A stretch of DNA of 61,483 nt, counting the filler. It is 7 parts of 7 records of this genome, joined end to end, with 100 filler letters (N's around TTAATTAATTAA, not from the genome) between each part and the next. Parts side by side here need not be neighbours in the genome. Positions count along the whole stretch, not along the records: positions 39,104 to 61,483 come from SRR31156797_16951; 6 more parts are not named here. One strand, 5' to 3'. Position 1 is the stretch's first letter, and each line of letters starts with the position of its first letter. The position numbers were made by a program, and so were the translations under genes. Positions 54,102 to 61,483 of the stretch are shown piece after piece. Below the pieces are notes generated by a model that saw only the letters and a list, made by a program, of their open reading frames with translations, was not told the origin of the DNA and searched no databases.

Positions 54102-56549
54102 CTAAATGATATTGGGAGGCGTAAAAGCCGTCAGCTCAAGTTCGGGGCCTGTATACTTCTCTATCCGAACCAAAGCAGAGTTAGCAGCACAGCCATTAGC
54201 CAAACGCGAGGTTGGTATATCCAATGTCAGTACATTACACCCGCCGTTTTTACACAACCCCGTTTGTCGATCAAAATCGGGCCATGCCCCTTCATGAATA
54301 CAAACTGACCCAGCCTTAACCCGAGCGGTCACTTCTGCGCCGACCAATACTTGCCCTCGCTTATTGTATGCTCGGACGAGATCACCGGTTTTAATGCCAC
54401 GGCTACTTGCATCATCAGGGTGAATCCAAATTGGCTCCCTGTTCGCGATTGCATAGTCTTGACGAAGTTTGGCGTAATTAAATTGGCTATGAAGACGATG
54501 TGCGGCGTGAGCCGTCATTAATTGCAGCTCTCCCTGCTCTGCATTCCCGGTATACTCATACGGTTCCATCCAAGTTGGGTGTGGTGGGCAATCTTTTAGG
54601 TTGTAACCTTCAATAGTTTTTGAATAAATTTCAATTTTGCCACTTGGTGTGCCTAACGGGTTCATAATGGGATCGTCACGAAATGCAGCGTGACGCACAA
54701 ATTTGGCGTTTTTCTCACTCCATTTCATCTCAATCAGTTGGTTATCTGCCCAGAACTTATCAAAATTAGGCATCGCCACACGCACATTTCGGCCACCTTG
54801 TTGCGCCACTTTATAAAAACCGTACAGCCATTCCATCTCGTTCTTACCTTCGGTATACACCTCGCGTCCACCTGGGGCTAAAAGCTCTGCCATATCAGCA
54901 AAAACATCAAAGTCATTACGCGATTCACCTTCGGGCTCGACCACTTTCTTCATTGGAACCAGATGCTGATTACTGTAATCCCCTGTCATGGTCATATCAT
55001 TTCGTTCGAATGAGGTGGTAATAGGCAGCACCACATCCGCATGCTTCGCTGCCGCCGTCCAATAAGGTTCTGAAATAACGATCAGTTCTGGTTTTTGCCA
55101 CGCGGCTATTAGGCGATTGGTATCCTGATGATGAGTGAAATTCGCGCCACCAGCCCACCAAATCATTTTAATCTCTGGGAACGTTAGATCATGTCCATTG
55201 TGATGATAAGATTTACCCGGGTTCTCTAATGCTTCAACGATTCGAGCAACAGGAAAACTTTGCGTTGCGCCAGATACAGCCCAATCGTTACCGGCAGAAG
55301 AACCGCCACCTAACGAGGCTGAAATCGCAGGTAGTACACCGGCATCTCTGGTTGGGTTGCCGCCATTTGAATAGTGATAAGAAAGACCAAAACCACCACC
55401 CGGCAAACCAATTTGACCTAACATGGCAGCCAGCGTCGCCAACATCCAGTGCCTTTGTTCACCGTATTGTTGACGTTGCATTCCCCAACCAGACATCAGC
55501 ATGGTCCGATTCTCACTGAAAATACTTGCCAGCAGCTCTAATTGTTCGACGGGGACACCACAAATTTCAGAAGCCCATAGCGCACTTTTTTCAACGCCAT
55601 CTTCCTTGCCCATTAAGTAGGACTCAAACACATCGTAACCTGTGGTGTACTTATCGAGGAACGCTTTATCGTGTTTATCTTGTTTAACCAATGTATGCGC
55701 AATCCCAATCATCATCGCGACATCCGTCATTGGGTGCGGTGCTACCCACTCCGCACTGTCACCAAAAAACTCAATGGTTTCAGAGCGGATTGGGTCGATT
55801 GCAATAATGGTTTTTCCCGACTTTTTCAACTGATGGAAAAACTCCAAGCCGGCACAGTCTGTTGAACTCCAGGCAATTTTTAATGTGTTGACAGGATTCA
55901 GCCCCCACAAAACCACTACCTCACTGCTCTCAAGGATCACTGGGTAAGTCGTCTGTTGTTCGTATACCTCAATAGAGCCCATCACATGGGGCATGATCAC
56001 TTGCGCAGCACCGGTTGAATAGTCACCCAAATGGCCAGCATAACCTCCCGCCATACTCATATAACGTTGGAGCAGTGTTTGCGCTTTGTGCAAAATACCA
56101 CTTGAGCGCCAGCCATATGATCCAGCGAAGACTGAGGCAGGGCCATATTGCTTCCTTATTCGCATGTGTTGCTCATGAATCAATTGATAGGCTTTCTCCC
56201 AGGAAACCTGCACAAAATCATCTTTACCACGAACACCTACCGGATTTGCCGGATTATCCAGAAAGCCTTTACGCACCATCGGATATTTAACCCGAGCTTT
56301 GGTATAGACTTGATCCGGCCCTGTCATTTGCAAGCTATTTGGCATGGTTTGGGCAAGCGCGTTCTTGGTTGCCACTAATTTGCCATCTTGAACTTCACAC
56401 AACAGCGGCCCCATTCGACCCGCGGTGAGAACGCCCGAACCACGTTGATTCATCTCTGCCATGGATAAAGGAGAAAAAGAGCTGTAAGCCAAAGCACCTG
56501 TTGCAATACCTGTACTTTTTAGAAAATTTCGACGAGTTAATTTAGTCAT
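54102..56549 (-). CDS. torZ: Periplasmic TMAO/N-oxide reductase 2 (Mo-bisPGD)
   Basis: Tat signal [56 protein letters not shown] match TorZ; paired with a TorY-like cytochrome. Confidence 0.9.
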   Translation of the reverse strand: MTKLTRRNFLKSTGIATGALAYSSFSPLSMAEMNQRGSGVLTAGRMGPLLCEVQDGKLVATKNALAQTMPNSLQMTGPDQVYTKARVKYPMVRKGFLDNPANPVGVRGKDDFVQVSWEKAYQLIHEQHMRIRKQYGPASVFAGSYGWRSSGILHKAQTLLQRYMSMAGGYAGHLGDYSTGAAQVIMPHVMGSIEVYEQQTTYPVILESSEVVVLWGLNPVNTLKIAWSSTDCAGLEFFHQLKKSGKTIIAIDPIRSETIEFFGDSAEWVAPHPMTDVAMMIGIAHTLVKQDKHDKAFLDKYTTGYDVFESYLMGKEDGVEKSALWASEICGVPVEQLELLASIFSENRTMLMSGWGMQRQQYGEQRHWMLATLAAMLGQIGLPGGGFGLSYHYSNGGNPTRDAGVLPAISASLGGGSSAGNDWAVSGATQSFPVARIVEALENPGKSYHHNGHDLTFPEIKMIWWAGGANFTHHQDTNRLIAAWQKPELIVISEPYWTAAAKHADVVLPITTSFERNDMTMTGDYSNQHLVPMKKVVEPEGESRNDFDVFADMAELLAPGGREVYTEGKNEMEWLYGFYKVAQQGGRNVRVAMPNFDKFWADNQLIEMKWSEKNAKFVRHAAFRDDPIMNPLGTPSGKIEIYSKTIEGYNLKDCPPHPTWMEPYEYTGNAEQGELQLMTAHAAHRLHSQFNYAKLRQDYAIANREPIWIHPDDASSRGIKTGDLVRAYNKRGQVLVGAEVTARVKAGSVCIHEGAWPDFDRQTGLCKNGGCNVLTLDIPTSRLANGCAANSALVRIEKYTGPELELTAFTPPNII

Positions 56550-56569
56550 AATTGAATCCTTCTCTTTTC

Positions 56570-57676
56570 CTAGTGACCAACCACATCTTTCGCGTGGTGC
56601 TGGAAGAACTTAGTCAAAATTTCTAAGTTTTCGCCCGAGATATCAGTACGGTCGCCCATACTTTTGGCAACAGGCCCCCATGCGTTCACCGTGAAGTGAT
56701 TTGAAGGTATTTTGGCGTGACAGGTTGAACAATAAACATTATCTAGCTCTTCGGCATATGCCCAAACTGGGTCCAAGGTATCGACGACCGGTGCGCTAAT
56801 GTCTCCAGTAAGAGAAACCGTTCGCCACTCGTTACCATAAACATCTGCTTTAAATTCGCCCGTTTGAAGGGATTGCTGACCTTTATCCGTTAATGTGGCA
56901 ACAATGGAGCGCTGTCCCTCACCCATATACAGAACCTGCTCAGCACCTTTCATTTGATAAGCTTGAAGCTTGACAGTCCGGGCATCGCCATCAGTGCTAA
57001 CCACTTCTAACTGGGTGGTTGGATTTATTGTGCCTAGATCACCGACTTCAATAACACTAATCGGATAGACAGTCGAAGCATCAGCAGCGGTCTGCTTGGT
57101 GAAGGAAACCAAAGTATCAAACGCTTTGCTGTCTAGCTCATGCTCAGGAGCAAAATGCGCAACCCCTTTGTGACAGTCGATACAAGTTTGATTATTTTCA
57201 ATGCCGTACGCATGCATTTTCGCTGACTCACGTGATTGTGCGTACGTTTCCATTGCATCGTACTCATGACAAGAGCGGCATGTCGCTGAGTCATTGGCGC
57301 GGAACTGCTCCCAAACCATTTCGGCCAGAGCCTCTCGATGAGCTTCATACTTTTCCGGCGTATCTATATTGCCGGTGATGAACTCATGGTAGATATCTTT
57401 CGTTGCTCGGATTTTGGTCACCATATAGGACACGGGATCGGAAGGAATATGACAATCCGAACACTCTGCTCGAATCCCTTTAGCATTACTAAAGTGAACG
57501 GAGCCTTGGTACTCTTTATACGCCGTTTCCATTGAGTGACACGAGAGACAAAACTCTGTGCTTGAGGTGTAATGCATAACCGCCGCAGTTCCACCGAGTG
57601 TTAACCAGCCAATACCAATACCGACAACGATTAACAAAGCGATATATCGTTTCTTTATAGACATAATTAGCCACAC
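56570..57676 (-). CDS. torY: Pentahaem c-type cytochrome, NapC/NirT-TorC family
   Basis: N-terminal TM helix and five CxxCH motifs (CLSCH, CSDCH, CRSCH, CIDCH, CSTCH), directly upstream of torZ. Confidence 0.9.
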   Translation of the reverse strand: MWLIMSIKKRYIALLIVVGIGIGWLTLGGTAAVMHYTSSTEFCLSCHSMETAYKEYQGSVHFSNAKGIRAECSDCHIPSDPVSYMVTKIRATKDIYHEFITGNIDTPEKYEAHREALAEMVWEQFRANDSATCRSCHEYDAMETYAQSRESAKMHAYGIENNQTCIDCHKGVAHFAPEHELDSKAFDTLVSFTKQTAADASTVYPISVIEVGDLGTINPTTQLEVVSTDGDARTVKLQAYQMKGAEQVLYMGEGQRSIVATLTDKGQQSLQTGEFKADVYGNEWRTVSLTGDISAPVVDTLDPVWAYAEELDNVYCSTCHAKIPSNHFTVNAWGPVAKSMGDRTDISGENLEILTKFFQHHAKDVVGH

Positions 57677-57776
57677 TTGCTGTTAGGTTTTACTGCAAGT
57701 GTAATTAAGATTTGGAAGTTTTCTTCTTACCCATGTTTTTTTGCAGGGTTTATTATCCCATTTTCTTATAGATAAG

Positions 57777-57811
57777 AAAAAAGACAGCCCGAAAATAATC
57801 GTCGCTGTCTT
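57777..57811 (-). terminator. Terminator-like hairpin after the EIIB gene
   Basis: Minus strand AAGACAGC...GCTGTCTTTTTT. Confidence 0.6.
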
Positions 57812-57846
57812 AATCATTTAGATATTCTTTTGTGCTGGCATTCAAC

Positions 57847-58146
57847 CTAAATGGCTTGCATCCGGCTATCTATTTCTTGCGCATAGGTGTTAGCTTTAAC
57901 ACCATAAATAATTTGAACATTGTGCTTATCTAGCCGAACGACACCAAATGCACCATTGGATTTAAGGTAAGCAGAATCCACGAGATCAGTATCATGAAGT
58001 TGTAGTCTTAATCGCGTAGCACAAGCGCCCGAATGGACGATATTTTCCAACCCACCAACCGCTGCAACTATGCCGTCTACTTCCTGGTTAGTATTAGGGT
58101 TAACCTTAAATAAGAAACTAAAGAAATGACCAATTTTTTTAAACAT
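57847..58146 (-). CDS. Stand-alone PTS EIIB (glucose-family) domain protein
   Basis: IVAAVGGLENI...ACATRLRL...GAFGVV...VQIIYG. Start placed at ATG 58146. Confidence 0.85.
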   Translation of the reverse strand: MFKKIGHFFSFLFKVNPNTNQEVDGIVAAVGGLENIVHSGACATRLRLQLHDTDLVDSAYLKSNGAFGVVRLDKHNVQIIYGVKANTYAQEIDSRMQAI

Positions 58147-58446
58147 AAGCACCCGCATAACCATCAAGTAAGAGTGAATCCAAGCAATAAACACGCAACT
58201 CATTCAATCCGCTAAAATTAAACCCTAGCCAGCGCGAAGTAAACATCAGAATTTTCTGATCACAGTGTCATTCAACACAGACGATACCTAATGATATCTT
58301 CTACGCTTTAAGTTCAAGCTATGCCAATAACCACGCCAAGATCGGCGAATTTTTGCTCATAAATTGAAAACCTTAGCTTTCGTTGGTTGTTATTGGCTAC
58401 GCAAAGCAGGATAATACACGACTCGGATTTTAAATATTATATAACT

Positions 58447-59028
58447 ATGACCGAATATCTTTTGTTGTTAGTCGGCACCGTGCTGGTAAACAACTTTGTA
58501 CTGGTAAAGTTTTTGGGCTTATGTCCTTTCATGGGCGTCTCAAAAAAATTAGAAACGGCAATTGGCATGGGGTTAGCGACGACGTTCGTTTTGACTCTGG
58601 CTTCTGTGTGCTCATATCTTGTTGAAAGCTATATTCTAAAACCATTGGGTATCGAGTATTTGCGTACCATGAGCTTTATCTTAGTGATTGCCGTGGTGGT
58701 GCAGTTCACCGAGATGGTGGTGCACAAAACGAGCCCAACGCTGTATCGTCTACTCGGAATTTTCCTGCCGCTGATCACGACCAACTGCGCGGTTTTGGGC
58801 GTTGCACTACTCAACATTAACGAAAACCATAACTTCATTGAATCCATTATTTATGGTTTTGGTGCGGCTGTCGGTTTTTCCTTAGTGTTGATTTTATTTG
58901 CTTCAATGCGAGAGCGTATACAAGTGGCGGATGTGCCAGCGCCGTTTAAAGGAGCTTCCATTGCGATGATCACCGCTGGTTTAATGTCACTAGCCTTTAT
59001 GGGCTTTACAGGGCTGGTGCAATTGTAA
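58447..59028 (+). CDS. rsxA: Rnf/Rsx complex subunit A
   Basis: [44 protein letters not shown]; 193 aa from ATG 58447. Confidence 0.97.
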   Translation: MTEYLLLLVGTVLVNNFVLVKFLGLCPFMGVSKKLETAIGMGLATTFVLTLASVCSYLVESYILKPLGIEYLRTMSFILVIAVVVQFTEMVVHKTSPTLYRLLGIFLPLITTNCAVLGVALLNINENHNFIESIIYGFGAAVGFSLVLILFASMRERIQVADVPAPFKGASIAMITAGLMSLAFMGFTGLVQL

Positions 59029-59618
59029 TGAGTACCGTATTAATCGCCATTATTGCCATCGCACTGTTAGCCGCTGTTTTTGGCGCAATCCTTGGGTTTG
59101 CCTCTATCCGCTTTAAAGTTGAAGCGGATCCTATCGTCGATCAAATTGACGCTATTCTTCCACAAACTCAATGTGGTCAGTGTGGTTACCCGGGCTGTCG
59201 CCCCTATGCGGAAGCTATCGCGAACGGGGACAAAATCAATAAGTGTCCTCCTGGTGGCCAACCAACAATAGAAAAACTAGCAGACCTAATGGGCGTAGAG
59301 GCCGAAGAATCTGCGCACGATTTAGACAGTAAAGTAAAAACCGTCGCCTTTATCCATGAGGACATGTGTATTGGTTGTACCAAGTGCATTCAGGCTTGTC
59401 CTGTCGATGCCATCGTAGGCGGTACTAAAGCCCTTCACACGGTAATTAAAGACGAATGTACAGGCTGTGACCTTTGTGTTGCACCTTGCCCAACAGATTG
59501 TATTGAGATGATTCCTGTAGCTACAACAACTGACACATGGAAATGGCAGATGAACGCGATTCCTGTTGTTGATATCACTGAAAGCATTTCTAACTCATCG
59601 CAACAGAAAGAGGGTTAG
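59028..59618 (+). CDS. rsxB: Rnf/Rsx complex subunit B
   Basis: [38 protein letters not shown]. Confidence 0.97.
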   Translation: MSTVLIAIIAIALLAAVFGAILGFASIRFKVEADPIVDQIDAILPQTQCGQCGYPGCRPYAEAIANGDKINKCPPGGQPTIEKLADLMGVEAEESAHDLDSKVKTVAFIHEDMCIGCTKCIQACPVDAIVGGTKALHTVIKDECTGCDLCVAPCPTDCIEMIPVATTTDTWKWQMNAIPVVDITESISNSSQQKEG

Positions 59619-59626
59619 AAGCGGAT

Positions 59627-61483
59627 ATGTTGTCATTAATTGAACAAATTAGAACTGGCAGTCTTTGGAACTTCCCTGGAGGCATCCACCCACCAGAAAA
59701 CAAGACTCAATCCAATCAAGCTCCCATTGCCAATGCCAGTATCCCGAGTGAAGTGGTCATACCGCTTAAACAACATATTGGTAAAGCAGGTGATCTGTTA
59801 GTTAAAGTTGGTGATCAAGTATTAAAAGGTCAGCCCTTAACTCAGTACACATCAACCTTCATGTTGGCAGTGCATGCACCAACATCTGGTGTAATTACGG
59901 CGATTGAACCACGAACCACAGCCCACCCTTCTGGATTGGCAGAAACCTGTATTGTCATCAAACCAGATGGCACCGATCGCTGGGGTGAAAAGCACTGTAT
60001 TGAAGACTACACCCAGATTTCACCAGATGAACTCATTGAAGTGATCCGTAAAGCGGGCATCTCTGGCATGGGTGGTGCTGGCTTTCCTACTGCAAAAAAA
60101 ATTCAATCGGGACTTTCTCGTACCGAAATCCTGATTATCAATGCCGCGGAATGCGAACCGTACATTACCGCGGATGACGTTTTGATGCGTCACTATGCCG
60201 AAGAGATCATCGAAGGTATTAGTATTGTCGAGCACATTCTAAAGCCTAAGCTGACCATTATTGGCATAGAAGACAACAAACCAGAAGCCGTTAAAGCCCT
60301 TGAAAAAGCAGCGCTTAATAAGAACATCGTTATTCGAGTGATTCCAACCAAGTATCCTTCTGGTGGTGAGAAGCAACTGATAAAAATCCTCACTAACTTA
60401 GAAGTACCAAACGGAAGAATCCCAGCAGATATCGGCCTTATGGTGCAGAACGTTGGCTCAATGCATGCGATTAAGCGTGCTGTGGTCGATGGTGAGCCAT
60501 TGATTCAACGCGTCGTTACTTTAACCGGTAACAGCTTCAAAAAGCCTCAAAACGTATGGGTAAAAATAGGGACTCCAGTACAAGCATTGCTTGAAGAGTT
60601 TAGCTATCAAGCTGACAAAAAACTGTCGCGTTTAATTATGGGTGGCCCAATGATGGGCTTTACTCTGCCTCACGCGAATGTGCCCATAACCAAAACATCA
60701 AACTGTATCCTTGCCCCAACCCAACGAGAAATCGCGCCTCAATCTTATGAAATGGCTTGTATTCGTTGTGGTCAGTGTGCAGACGTCTGCCCTGCATCGC
60801 TTTTACCGCAGCAACTTCAATGGCATGCAAAAGCAGAAGAGTTTGATAAGTGCGAAGAACTGCATCTAAAAGATTGTATTGAATGTGGCGCATGTGCCTA
60901 CGTTTGCCCAAGTGAAATACCACTGGTTCAGTACTACCGTCAGGCCAAAGCCGAAATTCGTACCCGCCAGATTGAAGCAGAAGCAGCAGAAAGAGCGAAG
61001 TTGCGCTTCGAAGAGAAGAAAGCGCGAGTTGAGCGTGAAAAAGAAGAACGTGAAAACCGATTCAAAGTGGCCGCTGAAAATCGCCGCAAAGATATGAAGA
61101 CAGGCGATGGTGACGATGCTATCGCTGCGGCTATCGCGCGAGTGAAAGCTCAGAAATCTCAGCCCAGCGACTCTGCCCCGACAGTGAAGCCAGCTGTCGC
61201 TGCAGCAATTGCGAAAGCAAAAGCAAAACAAGCCGAAGCAGCAAATAGCGGTGCTTCAGAGCCTGACAATGCAGAAATGATGAAACTGCGTGAAGAGCGA
61301 AAACAGCAAGCTCGCCAACGCAAGTTAGAAAAAGAGCAACAAGCCGAGACAGGTTCAGACAAGAAAGCTGCCGTTGCCGAAGCCATTGCGCGAGCTAAAG
61401 CTCGTAAAGCGCAGCAGCAAGAAGCTCCGGCCGAACAAGAGCAAGCTTCTGACTCAAATGAAGATCCGAAAAAAGCAGCCGTA
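59627..61483 (+). CDS. rsxC: Rnf/Rsx complex subunit C (3' truncated; absent from the ORF track)
   Basis: MLSLIEQIRTGSLWNFPGGIHPPENK, AGISGMGGAGFPT, INAAECEPYITADD, KYPSGGEKQL, CIRCGQC, CIECGAC, then A/K-rich C-terminal repeats. Confidence 0.95.
   Translation, partial: MLSLIEQIRTGSLWNFPGGIHPPENKTQSNQAPIANASIPSEVVIPLKQHIGKAGDLLVKVGDQVLKGQPLTQYTSTFMLAVHAPTSGVITAIEPRTTAHPSGLAETCIVIKPDGTDRWGEKHCIEDYTQISPDELIEVIRKAGISGMGGAGFPTAKKIQSGLSRTEILIINAAECEPYITADDVLMRHYAEEIIEGISIVEHILKPKLTIIGIEDNKPEAVKALEKAALNKNIVIRVIPTKYPSGGEKQLIKILTNLEVPNGRIPADIGLMVQNVGSMHAIKRAVVDGEPLIQRVVTLTGNSFKKPQNVWVKIGTPVQALLEEFSYQADKKLSRLIMGGPMMGFTLPHANVPITKTSNCILAPTQREIAPQSYEMACIRCGQCADVCPASLLPQQLQWHAKAEEFDKCEELHLKDCIECGACAYVCPSEIPLVQYYRQAKAEIRTRQIEAEAAERAKLRFEEKKARVEREKEERENRFKVAAENRRKDMKTGDGDDAIAAAIARVKAQKSQPSDSAPTVKPAVAAAIAKAKAKQAEAANSGASEPDNAEMMKLREERKQQARQRKLEKEQQAETGSDKKAAVAEAIARAKARKAQQQEAPAEQEQASDSNEDPKKAAV

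Noticed and set aside
61080-61483. Ala/Lys-rich repeats (AIAAAIARVKA, AVAAAIAKAKA, AVAEAIARAKA)
   Set aside because: Known C-terminal repeats of gammaproteobacterial RsxC/RnfC.

Overview
This window is not one locus. It is seven short contigs joined by artificial 100-bp spacers (N-run, TTAATTAATTAA, N-run), so gene order is meaningless across spacers. Contigs 1-6 (1-39003) look like a Desulfobacterota/deltaproteobacterium. Contig 1 has a pyrogallol-transhydroxylase-family Mo enzyme pair with an extra SCP2-like N-terminal domain. Contig 2 is an integrative element at tRNA-Glu (integrase, excisionase-like gene, double-HTH repressor, a second tmRNA-derived att-like site) next to a nitrilase-fold gene that may be a Lamassu/ABC-3C defence effector. 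Contig 3 is rpoB-rpoC-rpsL-rpsG followed directly by tuf, with no fusA. Contig 4 has a PhnD-like binding protein and a hybrid kinase. Contig 5 has a RecQ-UvrD fusion helicase and the end of a probable glycan cluster with a class II DAHP synthase and a radical-SAM pseudogene. Contig 6 is a che cluster whose CheA carries four MshEN-like motifs, with a diguanylate cyclase gene in the same cluster. Contig 7 (39104-61483) is Vibrionaceae-like: a tRNA 3' end, then a roughly 15-kb three-gene cassette (3338-aa DUF11-repeat surface protein, 1191-aa putative outer-membrane barrel, double-OmpA lipoprotein) bracketed by near-identical terminators, then torYZ, a stand-alone PTS EIIB and rsxABC. The best candidates for under-described biology are the adhesin/barrel/OmpA trio, the MshEN-type CheA, the amidase-effector locus and the DAHP synthase in glycan context. 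All family calls come from reading motifs by eye; no searches were run.
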